From positions 32,001 through 96,000 of IMG/VR virus record IMGVR_UViG_3300024319_000003: 64,000 nt of DNA; one strand, written 5' to 3'. This DNA comes from a virus. Of the stretch, positions 26,301 through 35,967 are shown in pieces (the stretch's first letter is position 1; every line of letters begins with the position of its first letter). Position numbers and translations under genes: made by a program. The notes beneath the pieces were generated by a model. That model had not been told where the DNA came from and searched no databases. It saw only the letters and a program-made list of their open reading frames with translations.

Positions 26301-29104
26301 ATGTAATAGGAGTAGATCCAGTTATAAAAGATAAGTTTGTAGGCACACCCTACGAAATACACCCTACAGGTTCTATTGCAAGTCTACATCAAGACTTCTA
26401 CATAATGTTTAGTTCTGAATCAATAGACAATAGGTTCCCAGGGAATACTTCATTTGATGCCGATATACACCACCCGAATTTAGTATGTATAGCTTACAAC
26501 CTACAGAACTCAAGTAGCAGATGGTCTGCTAGATTTAATGACAGTAGCGATTACCACTCTTTTGATCCACTACCGAACGATGTAATTCTATCAGCATTTG
26601 AACAATCAGGTTCTATAGGTGTTAAGAAAGAAATACATAAATTTTACACCCCGTTAAACGGTTTTATTATTGAAGAACCTACAGCAGCATTTGTAGACAT
26701 TACATTTAAATACTCTGACTACTCTCCTACACAGGCTACAACTAGTTTAATTCTTACATCTAATGTACTACCTCTTTTAACAAAACACTACGTAGTACGA
26801 CGCTCAGGAACACCTGGGGATATTTACAGTAGTCAAGTTGGAGTAATAATACCATACAGTAGTTCAGCAGCAACAAAAGCATTAGCATTTAAAGAAGCTA
26901 TAGATAGCCCTAATGGACAGAAGTTTAGATTTAACTTAGATATAGTAACTAAATTTGAAGAAGGAGATACGTTAAGAATATCACAAAAACAGCTAGGAAC
27001 ATCAGGAAACATAGCCTCTAACCCTTCTACACTTAACTCGGTTATGCCGACCTACATGTTAAATAGTAATTCATATCCAATACCTAACTGGAGTGGAGGA
27101 AAGAATAAGTCAAGAACTAATATAAGACATAATGCTACTACGTTCTATAACGAGGAAGTGAAGACTATAAGTGGTTCTGTTACAAAAAACATAGCAGATG
27201 AATCTCCGAAGTATAATGGAGAGCTATCAGGCTCTACTATTACTATAACAGACGGAGAATTAAATGTTAATAACCCATTTAAATACTTATCTCACCCAGT
27301 AACAAAATTTAATATAACCCCAGTAGAGCAAAGTAGTGCTGATGTATTAGAATCACTATTCATAATGGACAGCAGTAATCCTACGGAGTATAACACTAAT
27401 ATTGCTGCGTGTGGTGCTTTTACATTAATATCAGATGCATATCAATTCTACCATGATGGGACTACATCTCCACCTTTAGCAAACGGAAGTGATAAAGTTT
27501 ATTTAGATATCAACGGTGCTACAGTTTTTGCAGGAAATGGAACAGGAGATTTCTATAGTACAGCAATACAAACAGGTAATACAGTTGAAAAATTTGCAAT
27601 GGAGATAGAGACAGATGGAACTATCCTTAGTATAACGAACTGTGGTACACTAGACAGTACCGCTCCTCTTGCTCCTTCATCAGCATGGTATAATTCTTCG
27701 ATAACATCTAATAACGTTTCTGCCGTTCCCTTCAGAGCATATAACTGTGAAGTAGGTACTACAATGATAGTAACTGCATCAGATGAAAGTAGTAATGAAG
27801 CTTATTCTAGCCTTGGCGTTGTTAATACATCCGTTTTTGGAAGTATAAACTGTTCTACCTTATCAGATGGAGACGATATCACACTAAGTGTTAAACTAAG
27901 AGACGCAGTAGGTAATGTATCACCAGAATCAACAGTACACACAGCAGCACACCACCATGGGAAAGTGATTCCTAAACAAGTAGCAGTTCCTTCAGGGTAC
28001 TCAGGATACTTTGCAGTTAAAGAAAGCGCTATGTTACTTCTAACACAGTCTATAAACTACACTGCTGCATACAAAGTACAAGTGCATCACTCTGTAGACT
28101 TTAACGGTACAGTCTCAGTAATTTTTGACGGAAACCACACTGGAGCAACTCAACGAACAGCAACCTCAACATATATAAGTGCTTCATCAGCAACTCCAGG
28201 AACATCAAGTGTCTTTATAAACGACTTTGCAAGTCAAGATTTCTCAAGCCCTACTTACGGTAATACTGTCTATGGATATGTATACCTTACTGACACCTTC
28301 GGTAACGTAGGAGCATACCACACAGCATCTGTAACACATAAACCAGAATATGATTATGATTGGGAAAACGCAACTGGCGCAGGAACCCCACCAACTTATA
28401 TTAATCTAACCGGTTACGCACAAACAGGTTCAACCTATGTAAGAGCAAAACAGAACGGAGGATACGTAGGAAATACTGACTACGAAATGCAATCGCTGTC
28501 ACCTGGTAACTTTCTTCAAGCATATAACCCATACTATTCGTATTTGGGAAATAGAACTTACGGTAAAGGAAATAGTAATGTTTTCACAGCTATCGTTACA
28601 GAAAATTCTGGAACTAACACACGATATGGAGCCTACAGGAAAAAAATTGTTAAAGACGGATACACTTACATAATGGGTCCTAGCCAAGGCTGGTCACAGG
28701 ATGAACTCTGTGTTAGTATGGACACCAATATTCTAATGAAAACCGGTAAACAAAAACTAGCTGAAGAATTACAGGTCGGAGATATTATTAGAACTCAACA
28801 TGAAGATACATTAGAATGGTTTGAAGATATAATTATACGTAAGGAAATCTCATCAGCAGAAAAAGAAACATTAGAAATTGAATTTGAAGATGGGACAGTA
28901 CTTATAGCCACTCCAGGACATAGGGTATATATAGAAGAAGAAAATAAATTTATTGCCTTAAGGGATATAAAAGTAGAACAAAAAGCATCAGGAAAGATAA
29001 TAAGAAGTATAAAAGAAGGGGCGAAACAAAAGGTAGTAAGCCTAACAGTAGAAAAATGTCGTACATATATAAGTAACGGTATACTATCTCATAATACAAA
29101 GTAA
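23327..29104 (+). CDS. large baseplate wedge/tail protein (gp7-like) with C-terminal Hint domain
   Basis: LLKSKGTERGLRALINCFGI and IKDFVPSNA wedge motifs; beta-rich C-terminal domains; Hint at end. Confidence 0.75.
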   Translation: MAKVTYTSQDIIANSLPDVEKYSSKDLNLIDNFKVNKEFDFNKHYIETHFYTVNNYRLYSSYNYSLPVPNLSIPTEDQKSTEIELKPAELAIQQGFARTKVKVLFHFLNDVFTIGNGKQDLYIHSISTDRKEVLLYSDKIKVNELINRTDELKEKIKSKSYFEELSLNMGDNDLLIVTNIDTFQLDNKYTVALRLYEPLPDKYDIKSDVQLVEKVSDSIATLVIPDIEEEERQAPKLRQANFSVELETQDSTPTEYFKLNDLFSYESNNSNKELFSLINEKSANIGIDHREYENFIHFSSAEERLRNFKYKVSLLEAYESDLLTEQGINNPNTVAASGSIVATRNLIDGIVNNFDHYERFLYYESGSKSWPKSNDDKPYVNLEISNTASVAWFDEQITSASSYDARNLDVLTGFLPEYIADDDNNKAAITFTHMLGQHYDNLWIYTKALTDKYDTDNRLDYGISKDLVQEAVKSMGIKLYNSVEGTNDLFSYIIQDTYDSGSQSEVINHYAGPFTEAEFASGFIRFRSDSNTADSNMTITLTSVQGTTITYQATNDVSKTSTIDAATGNTLFYIGNAGVYTGAVAREYRFNNAIKSSNGHGGEFTYESTSIAGEIVIKQTIAGPQGNIAWITGSSFYGAGQLSGGMSTAFTGGTTSTGKSISTKDYEASVYKRLYHNIPLLLKSKGTERGLRALINCFGIPKDFLTIKTFGQHEDSIYFGPENAYTSSLNSVTVIPSIPEDGKVLTGNRSITLENPQGNRQSTNIYKSRKVEVGFSPSTVLNKYINEQADLIRANYTQAQFSLDHWIGDPRDLNKDVYESPDYKFKYTLERLKYNIFPDLGKEYLNYNLKDFVRIFKFYDNVLFKMIKDFVPSNANLDVGIIIQPHSLERSKIKSPSVEGTDNTYSASIDTAFVTGSSAGAYNDKVLPENKHLKGLPVNFSPGKVGGHSDINFHINFATGSADFGEIVPQGTVFYHPDGTEYNIEEVYKPGNVIGVDPVIKDKFVGTPYEIHPTGSIASLHQDFYIMFSSESIDNRFPGNTSFDADIHHPNLVCIAYNLQNSSSRWSARFNDSSDYHSFDPLPNDVILSAFEQSGSIGVKKEIHKFYTPLNGFIIEEPTAAFVDITFKYSDYSPTQATTSLILTSNVLPLLTKHYVVRRSGTPGDIYSSQVGVIIPYSSSAATKALAFKEAIDSPNGQKFRFNLDIVTKFEEGDTLRISQKQLGTSGNIASNPSTLNSVMPTYMLNSNSYPIPNWSGGKNKSRTNIRHNATTFYNEEVKTISGSVTKNIADESPKYNGELSGSTITITDGELNVNNPFKYLSHPVTKFNITPVEQSSADVLESLFIMDSSNPTEYNTNIAACGAFTLISDAYQFYHDGTTSPPLANGSDKVYLDINGATVFAGNGTGDFYSTAIQTGNTVEKFAMEIETDGTILSITNCGTLDSTAPLAPSSAWYNSSITSNNVSAVPFRAYNCEVGTTMIVTASDESSNEAYSSLGVVNTSVFGSINCSTLSDGDDITLSVKLRDAVGNVSPESTVHTAAHHHGKVIPKQVAVPSGYSGYFAVKESAMLLLTQSINYTAAYKVQVHHSVDFNGTVSVIFDGNHTGATQRTATSTYISASSATPGTSSVFINDFASQDFSSPTYGNTVYGYVYLTDTFGNVGAYHTASVTHKPEYDYDWENATGAGTPPTYINLTGYAQTGSTYVRAKQNGGYVGNTDYEMQSLSPGNFLQAYNPYYSYLGNRTYGKGNSNVFTAIVTENSGTNTRYGAYRKKIVKDGYTYIMGPSQGWSQDELCVSMDTNILMKTGKQKLAEELQVGDIIRTQHEDTLEWFEDIIIRKEISSAEKETLEIEFEDGTVLIATPGHRVYIEEENKFIALRDIKVEQKASGKIIRSIKEGAKQKVVSLTVEKCRTYISNGILSHNTK
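28709..29095 (+). other. Hint (intein-like) domain, no homing endonuclease
   Basis: Block A CVSMDTNILM...LQVGD, block B ATPGH, block F/G VVSLTV...YISNGILSHN, then T-K-stop. Confidence 0.88.
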
Positions 29105-29128
29105 AGATAAATAATATAGAATAGTAAT

Positions 29129-30940
29129 ATGGCTAACATAACACAATTTGCAAACACAAACCCAAATAATGGAGAAATTAGAGCATTCTATAATGTAGAT
29201 TCATTGTCTGGAGACCATATAGTACGAGCTCTTACGGTACATGAAAATGCTATTGGAGGGATTGACGTAGTGCCTACACTACAAAACCTACAGAGTTTAA
29301 AAATGAGAATAACAAGCTCAGGAGATTTCAGCTCATTTAAAAAGATATCAGCAACAAAAAAAGGCAATTACTTCTTCATTGATAACGTAGATCTTACGTT
29401 TGCTGATATATCTTCAAGCTTATCATCATCTGTTACATTTGACCCATTTATGTCAGAAAACTTCTATAACAATGATTACAACGTATTAATAAGTAATTCA
29501 GAAGAGATTCGAACAGGTACTAAAAGGTATAAGTTAAATAGATCTGCAGGCACTGTACACCCTTCTAACTTTAACGCTGCAGTCGGAATAGAAGTTAACA
29601 GGATCGGATTTAATGACGAGGATCATAACACATTTCTTAATAACACAGTATTTAGCACAAGTGGAGGCGCAGGTACTGTCGTTACAGCACCAGCTCCATT
29701 TAGAAACGATATAGACATAGAAGTCTCTGTAACTAGGGACTCAATTGTAAACGCACTAGGAAACGTAAACGGTGCAGTAATATTAGAAGACCCCACGGAT
29801 AAGTACAACCACCTTTTTGCAGTTAAACTTGAAATTAACCCAGAAAGTGACTTTACTGGTGTTGGTGTAGCACATACATTAGCACAAGTAGAGTATATTG
29901 ACGGTAGATATTTAAAGACTGTTTTTCCTTATAGACAAGTAATCCCATCTGGTAGCTACGGTGATTTTGTACATACCAGAATAAAAGTAATAAACAATCC
30001 AGGACTTAGTTACCCTGGTCTAACACCACCTAAAAAAATTATAGGAACGTTAACATCGTTAGACAGAACAACAAACTACACCGAAGTAAGATATGCAACA
30101 CCAGAGTTTACACCTTACGCAGAACACGCTGAAGTTCAAGATTCTAACTATACATCAACAGGTATATCTAATGCAAGGTACAGAGGATCTAAAACTTCCA
30201 AAGAAGAATTCAGTGGAATAGATTCTGCTATAAACGCCCAAACTATTAAAGTATTAAGGTTAACTGAAGGTTCCATATCTAGTTCCTTTGATAACACACC
30301 ATCTTACGGTAGATCATGGTTTAATATAAACATGTTATTAAACGGGATATCAGGTTCAGACGGATTAAGAAAAGAGTATGAAAATGCAATTGAAGAGATA
30401 TCATTTACAGGCCTTAGAGATAAACCAGCAACAAGAGTTGGAAACGTAGGTGAGTTTTATACTGGTGGAAACGCTTATGAAATAGAATCGTCTACAACAA
30501 ACCATTTTGATATATGGAAAGAAGGGTACGGTCAAAAAATACTACCAGGAGATCTACTTTCGTTTGTTTCCGAAAGTTCAGCCGGAGCAGATATAAAAGA
30601 GTATATGCAAATTGTATCCGTAGCTACAAAGTACGATGCCGGCGGAACAGTAATAAGGGAAGTATTAACAGTACAGGTGCTAAGAGGTAGAGGACCAGAT
30701 GGAAACGCAAATAACACCGCAGGAAAAGTAGCAAACGGTAACCACATAATTTCACTAGCATCAGGAGATAGGTTAATAGACATAGAAGGGAATAGAGTTA
30801 TACCTTTTTCTAATGCAATATTTGTACTAAACCCAGATAAAGTAAAAGATGCTCCTGATGATATGGTTATAGTAGAAACTAACAACCAAGGGTTTATATT
30901 TAACACATACATATCAGGATCACAAGACGGTACACTTTAA
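29129..30940 (+). CDS. putative tail/baseplate structural protein
   Basis: Beta-rich S/T/G composition; EVQDSNY...NARY.GSK; position. Confidence 0.6.
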   Translation: MANITQFANTNPNNGEIRAFYNVDSLSGDHIVRALTVHENAIGGIDVVPTLQNLQSLKMRITSSGDFSSFKKISATKKGNYFFIDNVDLTFADISSSLSSSVTFDPFMSENFYNNDYNVLISNSEEIRTGTKRYKLNRSAGTVHPSNFNAAVGIEVNRIGFNDEDHNTFLNNTVFSTSGGAGTVVTAPAPFRNDIDIEVSVTRDSIVNALGNVNGAVILEDPTDKYNHLFAVKLEINPESDFTGVGVAHTLAQVEYIDGRYLKTVFPYRQVIPSGSYGDFVHTRIKVINNPGLSYPGLTPPKKIIGTLTSLDRTTNYTEVRYATPEFTPYAEHAEVQDSNYTSTGISNARYRGSKTSKEEFSGIDSAINAQTIKVLRLTEGSISSSFDNTPSYGRSWFNINMLLNGISGSDGLRKEYENAIEEISFTGLRDKPATRVGNVGEFYTGGNAYEIESSTTNHFDIWKEGYGQKILPGDLLSFVSESSAGADIKEYMQIVSVATKYDAGGTVIREVLTVQVLRGRGPDGNANNTAGKVANGNHIISLASGDRLIDIEGNRVIPFSNAIFVLNPDKVKDAPDDMVIVETNNQGFIFNTYISGSQDGTL

Positions 30941-30974
30941 ACATTAAGACTAGGTAGAAAAGATTAAATTAATA

Positions 30975-30982
30975 TATTTATA
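30975..30982 (+). promoter_or_regulatory. putative late promoter TATTTATA
   Basis: 17 nt before ATG 31000. Confidence 0.65.
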
Positions 30983-30999
30983 ATAAACAACATTAACAA

Positions 31000-31659
31000 A
31001 TGGGATATTTAAACAACGGTGTCGTAACAGTCGATGCAATACTTACAAAAAAAGGAAGAGAGTTACTAGCTAGAGGAGATGGCTCTTTTAAAATTACACA
31101 ATTTGCTTTAGCTGATGATGAAATAGATTACACACTTTATAATCCCTCTCATCCATCCGGCTCAGCATTCTACGGTGAAGCAGTAGAAAATATGCCTCTA
31201 CTAGAAGCATTTGCAGATGAAACTCAAGTAATGAAATATAAACTTGCCACTCTACCTAGAGGAACTGCTAAACTGCCGATATTAGAAGCAGGTTTTGCCT
31301 CTATAACATTAAAACAAGGAGCAGCATTAACCATTACTCCACAAACACTTAACTATCTTGGAGCATCACAAGCATTCGAATCTAGCGGTTATACTGTTAC
31401 TATTGCAGATGTTAGACTTCTATCAAACTTTACAGGAGTAGGTATTAATAGTGCAGAAGCAGATAGATTAAATGCGAGTACTACTTTAGGTACTAACGTA
31501 TCTAAAACAGTAGTAGGTACATCGATTAACTTAACTGGTACAACTATAAACACATTATTCGGTACATCCAATTCATCTCTTTCAAGTACTATTTCAATTA
31601 TAGGAAGAGACAGTGGAGCTAGAATTACTATTCCAATAACAATTACTAAAACAAACTAA
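31000..31659 (+). CDS. baseplate/fibre-attachment structural protein
   Basis: DAILTKKGRELLA...ITQFALADDEIDY. Confidence 0.65.
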   Translation: MGYLNNGVVTVDAILTKKGRELLARGDGSFKITQFALADDEIDYTLYNPSHPSGSAFYGEAVENMPLLEAFADETQVMKYKLATLPRGTAKLPILEAGFASITLKQGAALTITPQTLNYLGASQAFESSGYTVTIADVRLLSNFTGVGINSAEADRLNASTTLGTNVSKTVVGTSINLTGTTINTLFGTSNSSLSSTISIIGRDSGARITIPITITKTN

Positions 31660-31665
31660 TAAGAT

Positions 31666-32667
31666 ATGTCATTTAAAAAATTTGATAACGAGGATATAGT
31701 AGTAAGTGCAGATTCTATCTCATCAGTGTTATGGTCAACAGGAACCTACAACCTAACAGCAGCATTTACTTCATCCACCCAAGACTCCTCTACAAGTGGG
31801 GACTACTACTTAAACGTATACCAAACTGGCTCCGACCTTAATAATGCAGAAGTACAGTACTCAATAGCTTATGGACATAAAGATGGAGCAGGAGCATCAC
31901 TATTTAATTCAAACGTATCAGGAAAATCTCCTTCAGCAACAGTCTACGGACAATATCGCTCATTAGTACTAGGAGATGAAGAATTAGACTTTAAATTTGA
32001 CGGAAAAGTTTCACAAAAAGGTATATACGCTATATCGTTAGATAGAGCTAGATACAAAGAAAAGTTACTACCGGGTACATTTAACCTTACTTTAATTTCT
32101 GGATCTTCTACTAGAGTGTTAACAGACAATAGCGGAATGATATCCACAGTAACATATACTGATGCAGGAAGAGAATACGAAATCATATCAGGATCTAACG
32201 GTGTGAGTCACGATGGAGGAACAGGTATCCCAACAGCAGGATCTTACGGTAAGTTTTTACCAGATGTTGGATTAATAATACTAAATGCACAAGTGCTTGA
32301 GTCTGAAATAGTTCCATTAGCAGTTCTAACAGGATCAAATGATAACAATGGAGCAAATAACGGTATACTTTTTGAAGCAATTAGAGCTGGTGGTTCTTTT
32401 AAAATGAATGCGGAAGAAACGGTTTCTTCAAATTACATTTTCGTTAGAGTTAGAAACAGTGAATTTAACTATTCAAATAACCCTTCTAATATATCCGGCT
32501 CAGGAGAACTTAGACATAACTCTATGATAAACAATCCTCAGTCATATATTACAACAGTAGGGTTATACAACGATACAAATGATTGTTTAGGAGTAGCAAA
32601 ACTTTCTAAACCTTTATTAAAAGACTTTACAAAAGAAGCATTGGTTAGAATTAAACTTGATTATTAA
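31666..32667 (+). CDS. baseplate/fibre-attachment structural protein
   Basis: C-terminal YITTVGLYND...LGVAKLSKP. Confidence 0.65.
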   Translation: MSFKKFDNEDIVVSADSISSVLWSTGTYNLTAAFTSSTQDSSTSGDYYLNVYQTGSDLNNAEVQYSIAYGHKDGAGASLFNSNVSGKSPSATVYGQYRSLVLGDEELDFKFDGKVSQKGIYAISLDRARYKEKLLPGTFNLTLISGSSTRVLTDNSGMISTVTYTDAGREYEIISGSNGVSHDGGTGIPTAGSYGKFLPDVGLIILNAQVLESEIVPLAVLTGSNDNNGANNGILFEAIRAGGSFKMNAEETVSSNYIFVRVRNSEFNYSNNPSNISGSGELRHNSMINNPQSYITTVGLYNDTNDCLGVAKLSKPLLKDFTKEALVRIKLDY

Positions 32668-32670
32668 TGA

Positions 32671-33729
32671 ATGAGCGGCTACAAGAAATTAAACAAACAG
32701 GATTCATTTATAACATCCTATACAGCGCATAAACTATTTTTAGCATCTGGTTCACAACACGACGAACTTGGAGTTGAAACATATGTAGGTATATCAGGAT
32801 CAACAGCTTTTAATATTACAGGAAGTAATAAGAGGTTAGTAGGTACCGACTATGAACATTACGAAGATTTAGTTTATAGAAGTATTAAACACCTATATTA
32901 CTCTGGATTTGAAAATGCAGAACCTTCAACCAGTAGCTACGACATATCAGGATCTTCTGTAGAAAATTACTTACAAAGTAGCTATACTTCTCAACAAAGG
33001 AGAGACGAAGGACAATTTACCGTTATCTCTATACCGAGAAACCTTATAGGAACTAATATACAACCCAGCAGTATACTACTACAACCTGGAAACATACCCG
33101 ATTATGCTACGGATAATTACGCTACCGGATCAACACAGAGTAGTGACGCCCAAGGTTATTTTGAAGATAATGATGAAACCTACCAAGGAGGTGACAGTTC
33201 AAACGCTGCACTAGATCCTACAAAGTATAAAGGTACGTATCTAAATAGTACAGATACTGATTTAACATCTTCCGGATCAACATACAACATACCTTGGGGT
33301 GTAGAATTAATTGATGACGGGAATGGAAACATATTATTAAGCGGATCAGCAGGAGACTATAGAAGAGTAGTAGGAAATGTAATATATTCTCACGGATTAA
33401 TTATATTAACTAACCCGACTATAGCAGACTATTACTCTACTTACTTCTCTGGAAGTATAACATGGAGGGCATCGCACCCTATTTATACACATAACTACCA
33501 CTGTAATATAAAAGAGAATGAATTTAACTTTTCACAACATCCATCTGCAAAAAAAGACACATCCGGGTCAATAGCAGATAATGTTTCAGGAAGTGAATTT
33601 CAACCATATTTTACATCAGTAGGGCTATATAATGAGACAAATGAATTAATCGCCATTGCTAAAATGGCCAAACCTGTACCGGTTTCTGAGAATACAGAAA
33701 TGACGGTAGTAGTAAAACTAGATATATAA
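32671..33729 (+). CDS. baseplate structural protein, paralogue of upstream gene
   Basis: C-terminal EFNFS.HPS...YFTSVGLYNE..ELIAIAKMAKP..KLD. Confidence 0.65.
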   Translation: MSGYKKLNKQDSFITSYTAHKLFLASGSQHDELGVETYVGISGSTAFNITGSNKRLVGTDYEHYEDLVYRSIKHLYYSGFENAEPSTSSYDISGSSVENYLQSSYTSQQRRDEGQFTVISIPRNLIGTNIQPSSILLQPGNIPDYATDNYATGSTQSSDAQGYFEDNDETYQGGDSSNAALDPTKYKGTYLNSTDTDLTSSGSTYNIPWGVELIDDGNGNILLSGSAGDYRRVVGNVIYSHGLIILTNPTIADYYSTYFSGSITWRASHPIYTHNYHCNIKENEFNFSQHPSAKKDTSGSIADNVSGSEFQPYFTSVGLYNETNELIAIAKMAKPVPVSENTEMTVVVKLDI

Positions 33730-33730
33730 C

Positions 33731-35452
33731 ATGGCTATAGTATTAAGAGCAGACAAAACAACAGCACTAACATACTCGGAGGTAGATAATAACTTTATCT
33801 CATTTTTTTATTCTGCATCAGTGAGTAGTAACCAAGAGTATTTAAACCTTCATTACACAGGAAGTAGTGGTTTAGGGGTTTCAGCAACACAGATACAAAT
33901 ACCATTGAATCCATACACTGGGTCAACCCCACCAGTAGGAGGTAACTCAAGCACAGTACAGTATAATAACGGTGGATCATTTGGTGGAGATGACGATTTT
34001 AGATGGAATGCAGGTACGAATACAATTCTACTAGGTGCAAATGCTCAACCAGAATCAGATAATAGACTATCAATAAGAGACGGAGGAATTAAAATTCAAA
34101 GAACTTCCGCAGCATCCGAACCAGAATTAACAATACAGTTTGATGATGGAGGTACAAACTACAGCAGCAGTTTTAAGTTAAATGAAACAGGAGACGGTAG
34201 TTTTAATATTACTAACCATCATTCAACACCAACAGCAACACCTCAATCTGCAGGTATACATTTTATAGTAAACAGATACAAAACAACCCCTGCTTTAAGT
34301 ATAAACGGAGATGGATCAATTAGTACAAGAAACGCTAATTCATCTCACGGTGATAATAACCTTTCCGGTTCATTGGTTGTGGATGGTAACAATAATAATA
34401 TAAATGCAAAGTTTAGAGTTGCATATGTTGATTCAAACAATACTACAGTTCCTTTTACTAGCGCAATGAATAACGTAGGTAACCAAAGAGGGTTTATGCT
34501 AGACGGACCAGATAAAGGACACGTAATAGTGGGACTTAAATCATTCGGTACTGCTACTACATCACAAACATTCTCAATACTATCAGGACCACCTACATCA
34601 TCTAACTTCGATGTAACTTACAACAAGTTAGTAGCAATGTTTAAAGGTAATGGACAGGTAGGGATAGGAACAGATGCAGTAGGAGGCGGTACGTATAAAC
34701 TAACAGTTGCAGGAGGAATATCAGGATCTTTTATAGATGTAACAGGAACCGCAACAATAGAAGACGATACAGAAATATCTGGATCTTTATATGTGAGTCA
34801 AAGTACTACACTGGATGATACACTTACTTTAAACAGTGTCGCAAATGCTACTAGTGCTACTAACTATAATTACTTAGTTAGAGAGTCAAACGGTGCAGTA
34901 ACTAAACAAGTAAATGCAGCACCAATACCTCAAGGAGGAATTATAATGTGGTCTGGAGTAGTTCAGACACTTCCTTCAGGATGGGCTTTATGTAATGGAC
35001 AAACTCAAAACTCAATAACAACACCGGATTTAAGGAATAAGTTTGTTATAGGGTCTAATAATACAACAGGTACACCAACCACAACAGTACAAGGCAGCGG
35101 AGCTCAATCTACAGGAGGAAGCATAACTCATAATCACGGAGGAAGCACAGGAGATACAACACTGACAACAAATCAAATACCTTCTCACAAACATGATTAT
35201 AAAGATTCATACTATATTGAGATAAATGACCCAGGAGTAGGTCAACATAAAGCAATATCAGGAGTAGACGGACCGATAGCCGGAGGACCTTATAAAGGAA
35301 GTGGAGATAGCGATAATGATAATCAGTACGTATACTATAGAAACGGAGTATCATACTACACCGGTGGTGCAGGAAGTCATAACCACAGTATTACAACCGA
35401 TAGTAACATACCTCCTTACTTTGCTTTAGCATATATTATGTATACTGGATAG
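33731..35452 (+). CDS. tail fibre with collar domain and HxH tip
   Basis: IPQGGIIMWSG..LPSGWALCNGQ..TPDLRNKFVIG; HNH, HKH, HNH; NIPPYFALAYIM. Confidence 0.88.
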   Translation: MAIVLRADKTTALTYSEVDNNFISFFYSASVSSNQEYLNLHYTGSSGLGVSATQIQIPLNPYTGSTPPVGGNSSTVQYNNGGSFGGDDDFRWNAGTNTILLGANAQPESDNRLSIRDGGIKIQRTSAASEPELTIQFDDGGTNYSSSFKLNETGDGSFNITNHHSTPTATPQSAGIHFIVNRYKTTPALSINGDGSISTRNANSSHGDNNLSGSLVVDGNNNNINAKFRVAYVDSNNTTVPFTSAMNNVGNQRGFMLDGPDKGHVIVGLKSFGTATTSQTFSILSGPPTSSNFDVTYNKLVAMFKGNGQVGIGTDAVGGGTYKLTVAGGISGSFIDVTGTATIEDDTEISGSLYVSQSTTLDDTLTLNSVANATSATNYNYLVRESNGAVTKQVNAAPIPQGGIIMWSGVVQTLPSGWALCNGQTQNSITTPDLRNKFVIGSNNTTGTPTTTVQGSGAQSTGGSITHNHGGSTGDTTLTTNQIPSHKHDYKDSYYIEINDPGVGQHKAISGVDGPIAGGPYKGSGDSDNDNQYVYYRNGVSYYTGGAGSHNHSITTDSNIPPYFALAYIMYTG

Positions 35453-35483
35453 TTGTAATTCTGTAAAATTATTCTTATATTTA
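35451..35483 (+). promoter_or_regulatory. early promoter
   Basis: AGTTG-N20-TATATTTA, 4 nt before ATG. Confidence 0.75.
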
Positions 35484-35487
35484 ACAA

Positions 35488-35967
35488 ATGGTAACAACCC
35501 CAGGCTGGACATACAATTCAAAACTCATTACTGACATAAGCGAAATGCCAACAGGCTCTTATGGGTTTATTTACGAAACATTTCATAAACCTTCGGGTAA
35601 AAAGTACTTAGGTAAAAAAGTTCTATTCTTTGAACGTAATAAAAGACTAGGGAAGAGAGCTTTAGAGGCCTTAAGAGAAGAAAGAAAAGCAAAAGGAATT
35701 GGAGGAAGAACACCGTTAAAACAAAAAATAATAACAGAATCAGATTGGAAGACTTATTACGGATCACATAAAGATATTTTAAAGTACGTTAAAGAAGGTT
35801 CCCCAATGGACTTTGAAAGACGTATACTATGTTTTGTACCCAATAAGAAGTTACTTACATACTATGAATGTAAATACCTATTTATAAACGAAGTACTGGA
35901 GAACCAGGATGCATATATTAATGATAATATCCTAGGAAAATTCTACAGAAAAGACTTTACATTATGA
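35488..35967 (+). CDS. GIY-YIG family endonuclease (T4 endonuclease II-like)
   Basis: GFIY...KKYLGKK, ESDWKTYYGS, YYE, YINDNI. Confidence 0.75.
   Translation: MVTTPGWTYNSKLITDISEMPTGSYGFIYETFHKPSGKKYLGKKVLFFERNKRLGKRALEALREERKAKGIGGRTPLKQKIITESDWKTYYGSHKDILKYVKEGSPMDFERRILCFVPNKKLLTYYECKYLFINEVLENQDAYINDNILGKFYRKDFTL
35879..35886 (+). promoter_or_regulatory. putative late promoter inside endonuclease gene
   Basis: TATTTATA 77 nt before 35964. Confidence 0.5.

Noticed and set aside
28709-29095. Mobile homing intein
   Set aside because: Only 129 aa, no endonuclease motifs, and not inserted in a conserved enzyme site
33731-35452. Diversity-generating retroelement target in the tail fibre
   Set aside because: No adenine-variant duplicate (TR/VR) and no reverse transcriptase seen in the window
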